Of a DNA stretch of 38,857 nt, positions 13,083 through 25,530 are shown piece after piece. This stretch comes from Chiloscyllium plagiosum. Its lineage: Eukaryota. The notes below the pieces were generated by a model. It saw only the letters and a program-made list of their open reading frames with translations, made no database searches and had not been told where the DNA came from. The stretch spans positions 1-38,857 of the forward strand of contig NW_025215372.1 in the NCBI RefSeq assembly GCF_004010195.1, given 5' to 3'. A program made the position numbers and the translations under genes. Position 1 is the first letter of the stretch. Each line of letters opens with the position of its first letter.

Positions 13083-13450
13083 TAAGATTCTTAGGGGACT
13101 TGACAGGGTAGATGTAGAGAAGTTGTTTCCCCTCGTGGAAGAGTCTAGGACCAGAATGAAGAACCTTTTCAGAATACAGAATCACCTATTTAAGACAGAA
13201 ATTCGGAAGAATATTTTTTCTTTCAGAGGGTAGTGAATCTGTGCAATTCTTTACTGCAAACAGCTGAAGAGCATCATTAAGTATATATATAGGCTGAGTC
13301 AGACAGAATTTTAATCAGGAAGGGAATGAAGGATTATGGGGAAAAGGCAGGAGAGTGAAGTTGATGAGTAATAGATTAGTCACAATCTTATTGAATGGCA
13401 ACATAGGCTCAATTGGCCAAATGAGATACCTTTGCTCCTTCAAACTTATG
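13083..13450 (+). mobile_element. CR1-type LINE 3' end
   Basis: KILRGLDRVDVEKLFPLVEESRTR..FKTEIRKN.F.QRVVNL-like text plus a tail like that at 2181-2532. Confidence 0.75.
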
Positions 13451-14271
13451 GAGATGGAGGCGGATGGGGCAGGCTCAGAGTCGTGAAGGAATCAGAACAT
13501 AGCTACAATGGGCTGAATGGACCTCCTGTGCTACATTGTTCCATGATCTTGAGCCTACAATAGTTTCATGGTACACAATGGTACCATTTCCAGCCCTTCC
13601 CAGCAAGCACACATCAACAGTGAGCAGGCATGTTCAAAGGTAACTTTCAAATTCAGATCCACACCTTTGTGGTGAAGCACAGATACACAGTTGAGCTTAA
13701 TGAGCCATGTTTGTAGTGAGACGCCAATGGAGTGAACACATTCTGAACCATTGGTGGAGGTGTTCCATCAGAAACATCAGTGAGCCCCATGTTCCTCTGA
13801 ACTCTCCCCCTGGCAGATGAAGGGTTTTCTTTCAGTGATCCTAACATTGGTCAGTCTGGTTTCTAGTAGGGAAGAGATGTCACGTGTCCAGCCAACGGAA
13901 TTTCGTGTCAATGAGAGCAGTCTCACACACATTAGCAACCAGCAGTCGATCAGTCTGGAACGTGTGCTCCTGACATCCCATGCCACCTTTTATTTTGCTG
14001 GATGTTTGGTTTGATTGGGTCCTCTCCAAGAAGCCAGTGAAATATCTGGACCAGCTTACCCAGCTTGAGGTGGACGATGACTGACCAGCGGGGCGAGATT
14101 GTTTCTCCTACCATAGGCAGCACAAAGCAGCCATTTTGGATGTAGGTTTGCTCGGTGAGCTGAAAAGGTTCACTTCCATGCATTTCGTTACCTTACTAGG
14201 TAACATCTTCAGTGGGCCTCATGCGAAGCAATGCTGAAAAATTCCTGCTTTCTATTTATATGTTCGGGTTT

Positions 14272-14707
14272 ACAGTCACAGAGTCATAAAGGTGTACAGC
14301 GTGGAAACAGACCCTTTGGTCCAACCCGTCCATGCCGACCAGATATTCCAACCCAATCTAGTCCCACCTGCCAGCGCCCGGCCCATATCCCTCCAAACCC
14401 TTCCTATTCATAAAACCATCCAAATGCCTCTTAAATGTTGCAATTGTACCAGCCTCCACCACTTCCTTCTGGCAGCTCATTTCATACACGTACCATCCTC
14501 TGGGTGAAAAAGTTGCCCCTTAGATCTCCTTTATATCCTTCCCCTCTCACCCTAAACCTATGCCCCCTAGTCCTGGACTCCCCCACCCCAGGGAGTACAG
14601 CTACAACATGACCTCAATACTCTGACCAATAAAGGAAAGCATACCAAACACCTTCTTCACTATCCTATCTACCTGCAACTCCACTTTCAAGGAGCTATGA
14701 ACCTGCA
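14272..14707 (-). mobile_element. CR1/HER1-like LINE 3' fragment inserted into the Penelope inverted flank
   Basis: Reverse complement closely matches the 3' part of the + strand LINE at 26240-26862; internal deletion near 14593. Confidence 0.85.
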
Positions 14708-14835
14708 GTTTCTTTGGGTTGATGTCATTTCCTGTGGTGAACCTCCTGTTCCTTTTCTCGGAGTGGTAGATGGGGTCTAACTCGATGTGTTTGTTCGTAG
14801 AGTTCAGGTTGGAATGCCATGCTTCTAGGAATTCT

Positions 14836-15442
14836 AGCAGACAAAGCAGGTCCAGAAAGCCTAGCCACTCTCCCCTACATCAAAGACATCTTGGAAATGA
14901 CTGCCAGATTACTCAGACCCCTTGGCATCATGGTAGCCCACAAACCCACCAACACAATAAAACAGCAGCTAATGAAGTTGAAAGACCCTGTACAGACAAT
15001 GAGCAAAACTAATGCCATTTACAAAATACCGTGCAAGGACTGTAACAAACACTACATTGGACAAACAGGCAGAAAACTAGCCACCAGGATACATGAACAC
15101 CAACTAGCCACAAAAAGACACGACCCTCTCTCACTAGTATCCTCACATACCGATAAGGAAGGACACCACTTCGACTGGGACAACACATCCATCCTAGGAC
15201 AAGCCAAAGAAAGCCACGCACAAGAATTCCTAGAAGCATGGTATTCCAACCGGAACTCTCCCAACAAACACATCAAGTTAGACCCCATCTACCACCCCCC
15301 ACCAAGAAAAGGAACAGGAAGTGACATCACCACAGGAAATAACGTCACCACAGGAAATGACATCACAAACCCAAACATATACATAGAAAGCAGTAATTTT
15401 TCAGCATTGCTTCACATGAGGCCCACTGAAGATGTTACCTAG
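14836..15442 (+). pseudogene. Penelope-like polyprotein C-terminus (linker plus GIY-YIG endonuclease), 5'-truncated
   Basis: TLPYIKDI.E..ARLLRP.GI.VAHKP..AIYKIPCKDCNKHYIGQTGRKLATRIHEH..H..GHHFDW..FLEAW. Confidence 0.9.
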
Positions 15443-15462
15443 TAAGGTAACAAAACATCTGG
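15423..15462 (+). ncRNA. Degenerate minimal type I hammerhead ribozyme motif in the Penelope terminal repeat (second copy on - strand at about 14176-14215)
   Basis: CCA-CTGAAGA-T-GTTACC-TAGTAA-GGTAAC-(A)AAA-CATC-TGG; the minus copy keeps GAAA; perfect 6-bp stem II and CCA/TGG helix I. Confidence 0.6.
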
Positions 15463-17489
15463 AAATGAACCTCCAAGCTCAGTGAGCAAACCTACATCCA
15501 AAACCTCAACCTGAGCTACAAATCTTCTCAAAACTCACATCCATTCTCACCCTCACCTGAGCTGTAAGTGCCATCTCCCGTGTTGCGTTAATGCTCTGTG
15601 AAAGTCTGAATAAACCTTAGAGATGCTGGGCTGCCCGGACTTATGGAGCCCTCTCTTAAACTGCCTGGTCAAGTCCAAGGCATTCTATCTTTAGCACCAG
15701 CTTGATTGCAGAAGTTGCATTAAGATCCACCTTCCATACCATGAATTAATTACAACCTCAGCTAGATTAGTGCAAAACGCAAGTCGTAATCACCATTTAT
15801 ACCATCAGGAAATATCTGCCCACCTGGAGTTCATAATAAGCAGCACACCATTTCAAAGACGTGAGGATTGCACACAAGCTGATGTGGAGATTTGGACCGA
15901 TCAAACTACTGCACCCCTTTCCCAGATCACCCCGTCTGCCCAGTCAGCTTTCTCCTAGTGTGAGAGGGGTAGTACTGACTGGCGTTTGTTAACAAGAATC
16001 TTAAACTCTCCCCCATCCATCTGCCCACTGAGCAGCAAGTCCACAGAGATGTCACCTTCCTGATGTGGTGCTGGAGGGTGAAAGGACAGCATCTGTAGGG
16101 GCAGGAGGGAATGAGCAGCCAGTCAAAGTGGAGCAAAGGTGATGGAAGATGAAGGAATGCTCCATGACAGCAGAGAACAGAGCAGTGATGTGTTTGTTAG
16201 AAGGTGGAGGAACTCGCAATAACATGGCAAACTCAGGAGACAGTGCAGTCAAAGGTCAGGGCCAGGGACTCTCTAAACCAAAGGGAATATTCTGTGTTTA
16301 ACTAGTTTTAGAGATCTCAGTAGGGTCTTGGGCTGAAAGGCAGCCATAGACCTGAGAGACATGGAACAAGGGCACGAGGGAGACAGAGTGGGGCAGGACA
16401 GAGACGGGTCGGCTGGATGTGGGGGAGTGCAAGATAGGGGTTGCAGGGAGTGACAGAGGTGGACAGACAATGACGGCAGGATGGCAGGGAACAAGGATAC
16501 GGGGGACAAACCTTTTAGGAATTCCAAAGGTGACAGGCATATGCAGGTGTGAAAAAACTTGGTGGATGCACGAAAGTGAGTGAAACAGAGAAAGGTGGAC
16601 ACAATCCATGGCAGTCAGAGGCAGATAAATAAACACACATTGAGTGTGGCCAAGAAAGAGTGCAGAATTCTGAAGTCAGGGGTAAGAGGCAGGCAGAGAC
16701 GGACTGAAAGAAACAAGAGTGATGGGAGTGGAACACAGACACTTTGAGGGATGGATGGAGAGGGAAGAGTTACATTCAAAAGCAAACCAGCACTAATTTA
16801 TATCCTGTACTTAGAGCACTGACAGACATCACATAACGTGGCAAAACAGTTAGAATTTTACAGTTATCAGCTGCAGACTATTTCTGGACAAACCAAACAT
16901 CATAACCAGTCATCCTTGTGTATGTGTGTCATCCACACACCACCAATTTCCACAGCCCCATTGCTCAGAACCCCTCCATTAGCAAGTGGCATGGAAGATA
17001 TTTTATAACATTGAGATGTTTACGGAAAGCGGCGTCCTTTCAGTTTCCAGTTTGGACACCAATGCCCAGTGACTCGAGCAGGTTAACAGAGTCCCCATCT
17101 CAGCATATTGAACCCGGGAACAGGCAGAGTTCAGCTGTGAGGGAGTGTGCCTAAAGCAGCCATCCAGCTGGTTCAGTGCAGCAGACACACTCCAGGACAC
17201 CAAGTTTCCTACAACCAAAGGAGAGCCTTTAAAGAATATACTCATTATTCATAATTACAAAACTCCTAAAGCCCAACTCTCGAATCCCTTCAGATTTATA
17301 CTAGTGTAGAGCAGCCAACCACCCTGCCTTGCCTTTCCCAAATGTCCATTCATCGAATGTGGCCCTTACCACTCAGTCTGTGGACTCTGGGGTCTGTATG
17401 CAGGTTCCAAAAGCAAATTCCTAAGACTTGCCTCCTCCCAAACTCCAGTCACTAACCTCCACACCCCAACAAAAGCAAGATCAGGAGCA

Positions 17490-17945
17490 GGAGGTTTAGG
17501 GGAGGGGATTTGAGAAAGTACTCTGGAAAATTTGAGGAAACATTACTTCACTCATCAGGCGGTATCTGAAACACAGCCTGAAAGAGCAGTAGAGGCAGGA
17601 ACCACCACAACATTTAAGAAATATTTAGAGTCAAAATCCTGGAATTCCCTCCCTCAGGAACATTGTGGGTCTACCCTACAGCACGTGGAATGCAGTGGTT
17701 CAAGAAGGCAGCTCACCCCCGCCTTCTCAAGGGGAGCAACTAGGGACGGGCAATAAATATTGGCCAGCCAGCAACACCCACATCCCACAAACAAATTTTA
17801 CAAAAAAATTGGAAAAAGATAATTGGAAAGTTCAAGACTGCAGGCCAAGTGCTGGAAAACAAGACTAAAGTGGATAGATCTTTGCTTGATGACCAGCCTG
17901 GACATGATGTGCCAAAGGCTTCTTTCTGTGCTGTAAGACTCAAGA
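17490..17945 (+). mobile_element. Decayed CR1-type 3' fragment with a second LINE-type 3' tail inserted at about 17630-17810
   Basis: RKHYFT..LPERAVEAGTTTTFKKYL-like text, interrupted by ggaattccctccct..caagaaggcagctcacc..gggcaataaatattggccagccagc followed by an A-rich end. Confidence 0.55.
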
Positions 17946-19539
17946 TTCTCGAGAGCCTCACACAGCACAGGCAAGTAAATGCTGCAACCTGCCCAATATG
18001 TGTGGCCTCATGATTTATCTGAAAATGCACATTCACAGTTCAAGTTGTTCTCTGGTTCTCCCTGTACCGTACCCAACGCCTACAAGCACTAAGATTTAAT
18101 CTGAATAGTCTGCAACTGTCAGACAGCAACAATTTGCTCTTCCAACTAACCCTTACTTCTGCAGAATCCCCTTTGCTCCTCATCCAAACTCAGATTGTGT
18201 GCTCCTTTGGCAACTCCTCCCCCGCCACCCCCCCCCCACCACCCAACAAAGTAGTAGAGCATAAGGAAAGGTCAACTTATTTACGTTGCTATTGGTTAGA
18301 ACAGAACAGTATTTCCTGACCCACTAGTTGAAGACAGGAGTAAGCAGAAGAGGATTAGAAGGACACAACTGGGAAAAGTGAAGAAACGGAGTGGGGAGGA
18401 AGAGACAAGAGGAAGGGCAGGCTAGGCAGAGTGTGCGCAAAAGACAAACACAGGAACATGAAAAGAGAGAACACCCGAGAACTCAGGACGATGGAGTTCG
18501 AGTAGCCAGTTAGCCCTTCAAACCCTATTCCACTACTCAACAAAAACAACAAAGACGTGAAACAAAGCTGAGAAACTGCACAAAGGAAAAAGTGGAAACA
18601 TCCGACCCCTTCTCCTGAGAGGGGTAACCCAGACAAAAGAGGAAGAAACTGACTCTCAGCATCAATCCTGAGAATTCTGTGTGTTTCAACAAGGAACGGT
18701 TTTCCGGCAGGAACACAAAGTAAAGAAGTGCTTCCACGCTGCACCAGAGAGGGTACCAGGAAGGTGTGATGTACAGGAAAGATCTGATCAGGATATGGGA
18801 GTAAAAATGCAGTGTATCTGGCTGCATTCCAGTACAGCACCAACAGTGGACACAACAGCTACACTATATTAACTGATTAGTCAGCTAATGAACACATCCA
18901 CCCAAACAGGAAGTGAGGGCCTTATCAGTGTTAATACTGAGACTGTCTGCTGCTTAATGGAAAGCCCATTAACACTGGCACACTGATGGCTTTAAAAAGG
19001 TCTTGAGATGGCTGGTTCAGGGCAGTATTCTTTCCGCAAATACTGACCTATATTGATGCAGCAGCTTTGTCAGCACAAGGTGCTGCATTTCTAAATTAAA
19101 CCTGACCCTAGCCACACATGAATGTATTCAGTCAGAGGCCCAAAAGCCTCATCAAAGAGGCCAATTTTAAGAACCATGATGAGAGAGAAGAGAGGTTTAA
19201 GGGAGCTTAAAGACAAGAGATTTCAAAACACAGCAGCCAATGACAGAGTGAAAGAAATCAGGATTGGCATACTCAAGAGACTAGAATTGGAATACAGCGG
19301 AGATCCCAGAGGAAGTTACAGAGATAGGAAGGGCGTACAGGCTGGAGGAAGATACAAAGATTGGAAGTGGGGCAAGGGGAATTATGTACAGACTGGAGAA
19401 AAATACAGAGGTAGGGATAGATATAGGGACTGGAGGAGGTGACAGAGATAGTGAAGGCGATGGAGATGGAAATAGATAACTCTGTAATGGCATTAATTCA
19501 CAACAGGAAAATCATCGCAGGGTGAATGCAACATCAAGA

Positions 19540-19850
19540 CTGCAAACAAACTAACTTAATCGCAGCTTTGGAGAAGTCTGGAGTCGATAGCTTGGGAAGA
19601 AAGATTGTGCTGGGGACCAAAAGCAGTTTTCCTAATATTTAACTGGAAGACATTCTATACACTGAATGTGGGATAAACAGTTTGCTAACGTAGCAAGAGT
19701 ACAGCAGGGAGTCGAGTGAGCTAGTGCTGAGGTACTGCTACGTCAGAGTACATAAGAAACCTGGCACTGTTTTCAGACAATGGACCGGATGATGTAGGCG
19801 AGATATATGAGGGGGCCAAGGATACAGCCTCAATCATTAATTCTTAGGGA
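19540..19850 (-). mobile_element. Highly decayed L2-like LINE RT fragment
   Basis: Reverse complement near 19800-19830 resembles the G..LGPL motif (ggctgtatccttggccccctc) and nearby RT sequence. Confidence 0.35.
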
Positions 19851-20490
19851 GCAGGTGATTTACTGTAAAACTGAAGACTGCCTGCACTCTGCCATCACAA
19901 CAGCATCATGTATAAAGGCTTCCTGTGACACTGGGCAGCTCAGACCACACTTCATTTGCAGAGGTAGCACTCCTTGTTGTTAACAAGAGAAAAGGAACTG
20001 GATGCACAATGCGCTCACCCCATTTGTCAGAATAGCACTCACTGGAGATATCCAGGCCTGTGATGGGCCCTTCACACCATACCCCCATAGGAGCTGCAAA
20101 AACTGACACTTACAGGTGAAGTGGACACCATAGTACCATGAAGTGATCGAAAACACACATCACAATCTTCTCACTCAGATCACACCTTCATACTTAGCCA
20201 GTAGCGTCTATACAGGGCTACACTCTCAGACATGTCTATCATAGACCCCATAGAAGACCAGCAGTGGAATGGCCTGGGGCAGAGCTTCCTGGCAGGAACA
20301 ACTCTGTTGGCGCTCCAACTACGTTCTGTTCACCTCTCAAACTTTGGAAAGATAATTCCAGGAAATGACCTCTCAGGGAAACAACCATCCAAAGTTACAG
20401 CAACATTTACAACATCACTAAGAATCACAGCTACTGTCAGGCATTATCCATTGCCCAGTACCTGAACAACCAGCAACTCTGGCTGATCTC

Positions 20491-20514
20491 CTCTCTCTCT
20501 CTCTCTCTCTCTCT
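20491..20514. repeat. (CT)n microsatellite
   Basis: Seen directly. Confidence 0.9.
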
Positions 20515-23500
20515 AACCCAGGGATGACTGGACAGTGTTTAGGACAGGAACTCCCAGCAGAGTTGCACATAGCAGACGAATATAAATATTCTTTGCCCCT
20601 GCCATCCATCTGGGAGGACCATGGTCTTTCTACTCCCTCCCACATCTCTCTATTGCCTGTGTCATTCGAACATTGTGTTTGGCTGTCAGCCCTGTACCAG
20701 CAGACCTGATCTACAGTGTCACTGATAAATCTTTGTTCTGATGATCTGCTCTGACCGTCAAATTCTCCAATCCTGTGAGGGGCCACATATACCCTCCTTT
20801 TTTTTTGTCAATAACCTAGAACAATTTTTGGACGACATTTTCAGATTGTGTCTCTTCTCAGTTTTTAAAATATTTCCTGTTCACTTGCTGATTCTACCTT
20901 TGGGTAATAAGTATCTGGCAAGCGGAGAGGGCGGTTAAGTGAACAGAACTCCTAAAGCCCCACCCACCCCACCTCTCCTGGCGAGAAGCATACCCTGACC
21001 CCAACGTTAACACACTCTCTCTTACCGCGAGACCAACCCCCTCACTCAGTCCTCTGCCGCAGGCCATAGTGAGAAGTATAGAATCTGCCTGACGGGTCTC
21101 ACAAACTGGTACCAGACCATCCACTTGTGCCCACTGGTGGGCTACCAGAGAGACATGTTTGTATCAAAACGGTTTCTACACCAACACTGCAAGTGAACGG
21201 TGTCCTAAAGCAGTGACATTGTCTGCTCTATGTCTCCTGGGATAAGTGTATGAAGCCATGTTAACTGCGTCACCATTTGATTTATTATTTAAAATGAGGT
21301 TGTCTAATCATAAAGCTCTGTTACAAGATGGAAGCATTAACAGTTCGGATTGCTGAATACCAAATCTCTGGAATTGGATGGCACAGAATCGGCACAGAGA
21401 CCCATTCACCTGGCAATGCAGCATGCCGCCTGGAGTCTTCGCCCTGACAGCTAGAGACCGGTGCAGTCTCTACCCAGGATGACCAAACCACAAGAATTCA
21501 GCAGTGTCCTAGAAGGGCCCCCACTACCCGGCTGTCAGGATGGGCTGAATCATAGCCACAGTGGACTAGATCGAGGAGGCAGCCTTCACTAAAGCACCAG
21601 ACATATGAGGCCAGGATTGAACGGCTCAGGGAGGCAGTATATTAGTTGCAAACAATCAGCACGCCTCACTCCTTTACCACTTGAACCAGGAAGGAGGATC
21701 ACAATCAATAATACAAGAAAGGAAGCACTGTCCCCACTGACTCCTCAAGGCAACAGGGTGGGAAACATCAATGCAGTTTGCAAGCTGGAGAAATGGAAGG
21801 ACAGTGATTCACTGCTGGTTAGACAAGTAACATGGGAACTATTTATTCCAGGACCCACACTGCTCAACAGTACTCAGACAATACAACAGTTAACCCTCGA
21901 GTTAAATCTCCAAATCATAAATCCATCTCCTAACACAGTACTGGGACTCACTATGATAGACCTGTATCTGTTAAGACAGCCCCTCAGCCGGATGAACATC
22001 TGCAAGCCCTTTCTACACAGGCCGAGTTGGAAAGACCAGTACTTCCAATGGAGAGTCGTGGACACAGTCACACACCCAGTATGGAAACACTGGTGACATT
22101 CCTGAATAAACACCACCCCCCCACACTTCCCCAAGCCCCCAGCACAGGCAGAGCATACTAACTTCGAGAGGCCTTCTTGCTGCAGTGGGTGGCAGGCAGG
22201 TAACAAATGGGATCCTGCTTAATCCATTCTGACTGTAGGGCAGCCAGCATGCTGGGGGGAGACTGTTCAACTTCACTGGCGGAGGTGATCACCATTGGAA
22301 CTAGCTTGGCACAGTAGGGACAGCTGCAGAAAACACAATGTGGGCCTGTTAGGCTTCACAAATCAGCGACAACCAAAAAGGGAGCAAGACCGAAAGAACA
22401 ATCCTGCACGATGGAGTGAGCACTGAATGGAGGTGCCTTCGACCAGACTGGGAGATTCAGCCAAGTGTGGAACTACAGAAACATTGGACAGCAACTCCCA
22501 CAGCAGAAACTTCAAATGATGAGCGAGCTGGTGAGAGCAGTGACCAGGATCTGGATGTTGAACAGCCACAGTGGGTGGAAGCTGAGAGCAGCAAGTGGCC
22601 AGACAGATGCTGCAGGTAAATAAATACTCAAGTCGATATAATCCCTTCAATATTTGTCCATGGGAAGTTATCACATTGTAATGTACATCCAATGTTCCCC
22701 CAAGAATCACAAAAAGATTGAAAATTTCCACTAAAATGAAACGGAAGGAGTCCAAAGGCTGCTCAGCTGCTTCAGGTTTGAAAAGGATCTGTAGGTTCAA
22801 AGTCAGACAAAGTTGCTGAAATGACCTTGTAGGAGGCGAGGTGAACAGTTCTTATCCAATATCTTGTATGCCCACAGGGGTCAGGTTCCTGTCTCTAACT
22901 TTGACAAGCAATGTGAAAAGTGGGCTGCTTGCTGCTAATTCTCGGGTCCTCCTTTTGCTCCGATGTTGGGCAGTAGAGGGGTTTTGTATGTGGTGTGTGT
23001 GTGAACTAGACAAGAGGCACGAGTTTAAATGTCCTCTCTTCGGCTAATATATCCCAGAAACGACACGCTCACGTCAGAGGCCAGCTTCTTTTTCTACCTG
23101 CGCTGCCACAGCCCCCTTACTATCAGGGCGAACCTCTGCACCCACCGAAATAAAACAATTTAACACAAGGCCCCCCTCCTCCAGTTCAGGGGCCGAGTGA
23201 CTTTCTCTGGGCCTGTCCTCGCACACACACGGCTTGTCAAGGTAGGAAGCACCAGGAGATGGGTTCCCAGTTGCTTCGGAGAAGATAGGGGCCCCCGTTT
23301 GTCACAGCAAAGCTTTCTACACCTCCGTTTGCTATTGTAGACTTGTCTCGGTGCAATTCAGCTGGTGTCGATCTCTCGGGAAGGGAGGGTAAGGAGGACG
23401 CGGACGCTCCAGTGAAACCTCCACCGTCTCCGAGCTGAAAACCCAACCTGATGACAGGTTGCCCAAGTTGCTCACGGGTGGGGTGGAGAAAGTTCCCAGT

Positions 23501-24559
23501 CAGTCAGCGGCTCAAGGAGTAAGTGGCGGTCACCCCCGGAGCAGTAGCAAGGAAACACACACACACAGACAGAAAGATACAGGGAGAGACAGCTTGCACT
23601 AGTCCGGAACCCAGAGAAGGGTGGGTGGGAAAGAGCCGGGATTAAAAGAAAAAGTTCCTCTTCTTTCTCCCCCGACGCCCGTTCTGCACAGGAGCGTGTT
23701 CAAACAGTTGGTGGGGTTTAAAGGCTATCAGTTGTCTTGGCTGTTAGGTCGCAGGAGCTGCTGCTTCCATTGTATTCCTGCTCCGGGCTGCTTACTGGTA
23801 TCCATTTCCATTCCATCTCCCTGCATTGCTTCGGTTCTACCCAGGGAAGGGAGGGGAACGGTGCGACTTTCTTCAAACTTGCTTGCTTATTATAAAAAAG
23901 AATCTCCAGCTGGATGGGGACACTCCCTTTGGGTCTCCGTTCTCTCTCTCTGTCCTCAACGTCTCTTGCAGCCCCGGCACAGCCTGCGGGTGGATGGGAG
24001 GGTGCGGGTAAACTTCTTTTAATCCGTATGGGAAGGAGTTCCCTCTGGCTGCCGGGTAAAATACACTCAATTATTCATGGCTGCAATTTCCTTCTTCTCT
24101 ATCTGTCTGCCTCCCGGTTGAAGCTTCGTTACACTAACCCGCCGGTCTTTGTTTCTTGTTTTAATTAATGTTTTAATCCAGTAAGTGGGATGAGGCGCAA
24201 ACAGACAACAGCAGCTGTGGAGGGGAGCTGGCTGGAAGAAATCAGTTCGAGTCCACACCCAGGCAGGAAGCCGAGGCTCGACTGAACCTGGAGCAAGGGG
24301 GAGGGAGGGTTACAACACACACACACACAAAAACAGGAGCTGGGCAGCAAACGCAAGCCTCCCTGGCTGCTTTCCACACATTGCAATCACAGCACTGCAG
24401 CAAACTGGAGTGTGTGCAAGTCCACAGGGGGAGGCTGAAAGGGTCCTGCCTTGCCTCCTATCCTTGTAGGCTGCCTGAACCTCCCCAGGCTCGCTCGCTC
24501 GCCCTCTCGCTCTCCCCTGTCCTAGGCTGGCGTGGCATGGTCCAGATCCCTGTGTCCAC

Positions 24560-24630
24560 ACCAGCTCCATTTATAGTCAGGAGACAGCAGTAAATTTAGC
24601 AGCAGCCAGGAGGCTCGCCCCCGCCTTGGC
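24560..24630 (-). promoter_or_regulatory. Candidate minus-strand promoter (TATA/CArG-like CTATAAATGG, MEF2-like site, GC box)
   Basis: CTATAAATGG at 24576-24567, CTAAATTTAC at 24599-24590, GGCGGGGG at 24625-24618; lies at the edge of a CpG-richer stretch (about 23040-24700) without recognisable transposons; orientation matches DYRK1B. Confidence 0.4.
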
Positions 24631-24942
24631 CTCAGTCTCAGCGCGCTCCCAGCACCACAATCAACACCTCTCTCTGTCTCCGTCCAACATACTTCCCCGA
24701 GCTCCTCCATTGCACCCTCTTGTTCTTGTGTGTATGCGTGAGGAGAAACAACATGGATAAAAGGATCAAATATGAACTGTCGTTTACTTCTTCCCCCTTC
24801 CCCCAGCCCGAAATGAACAGATTGCAGCCAGGACTGGCTGCACTCGGGCCAACAGGACCCACACCAACACTAATCCAGTAGGGAACACCTCTGTCCAGGG
24901 GTTGCTGGAAGGCAGGGTAACCAACAGGAATTAGATCCTTAA

Positions 24943-25050
24943 ACTAAAAGCAAAATATCACTAATGCTAGAAATCTGAATCAAACACAAAGTGCTGGAGA
25001 AACCCAGCAGGTCTGGCAGAATCTGGAGAAAGAGTCCAATATGACTTCTC
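24943..25050 (-). mobile_element. Decayed short Penelope-terminus-like element
   Basis: Reverse complement is similar to 12990-13082 (ctgccagacctgctg..tccagcac..cagatttc.agcat). Confidence 0.55.
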
Positions 25051-25179
25051 CGGAGAAGTGGAAGGTGGTTGTAGTAAAGCTGCTCATAGCTGGCACATAT
25101 TGGACTGGTTAAACGCTCACCAACAGTGTCATGCTAAGTCTGTGCACTATTCCACTGCACGGGTAGGATCTACTCTCAG

Positions 25180-25292
25180 GGAGAAAGTGAGGACAGCAGA
25201 TGCTGGAGATCAGAGTCAAATCGTGTGGTGCTGGAAAAACACAGCATCCGATGAGCAGGAGAGTTGACATTTCGAGTAAGCTCTTCATTAGC
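25180..25292 (-). mobile_element. Short Penelope-terminus-like element (older, diverged copy)
   Basis: ggagaaagtgaggacagcagatgctggagatcagag parallels 25311-25346; degenerate hammerhead CTAATGA-A-GAG-CTTA-CTC-GAAA-TGTC on the minus strand. Confidence 0.6.
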
Positions 25293-25307
25293 CACACTCA
25301 GGATCTA

Positions 25308-25530
25308 TGAGGAGAAAGTGAGGTCTGCAGATGCTGGAGATCAGAGCTGAAAATGTGTTGCTGGAAACATGCAGCAGGTCAGGCAGCATCCAGGGAACAG
25401 GAGAATCGACGTTTCGGGCATAAGCCCTTCTTCAGCCATTCCTGAAGAAGGGCTTATGCCCGAAACGTCGATTCTCCTGTTCCCTGGATGCTGCCTGACC
25501 TGCTGCGCATTTCCAGCAACACATTTTCAG
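25308..25530. mobile_element. Palindromic Penelope-terminus-like insertion with 15-bp target-site duplication
   Basis: cacactcaggatcta at 25293-25307 and 25531-25545; arms 25346-25435 and 25442-25531 are reverse complements at 87/90 nt around a 6-nt loop. Confidence 0.88.
25442..25469 (+). ncRNA. Minimal hammerhead-ribozyme-like core (mirror copy on - strand at 25408-25435)
   Basis: CTGAAGA-A-GGGC-TTAT-GCCC-GAAA-C-GTC: conserved core, perfect 4-bp stem II and GUC triplet; helix I pairing is weak. Confidence 0.55.

Larger units (their letters stand above)
14134..15538 (+). mobile_element. 5'-truncated Penelope-like element with inverted 5' flank
   Basis: GIY-YIG endonuclease ORF at 14819-15442; 14134-14271 plus 14708-14835 form a diverged reverse complement of about 15222-15503. 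Confidence 0.88.

Noticed and set aside
15770..16800. Possible decayed DNA transposon or coding remnant
   Set aside because: Overlapping short ORFs with no recognisable domain or terminal repeats; cannot be supported without a search
22416..22619. Plus-strand exon-like stretch ending in CAG|GTAAAT
   Set aside because: No recognisable protein similarity and no convincing acceptor or partner exons
24688..24710. Micro coding exon ATG-EELGE followed by a GTATGT donor as the DYRK1B start
   Set aside because: It ends in phase 0 whereas the 3947 exon needs phase 1; possible only as a UTR or uORF exon
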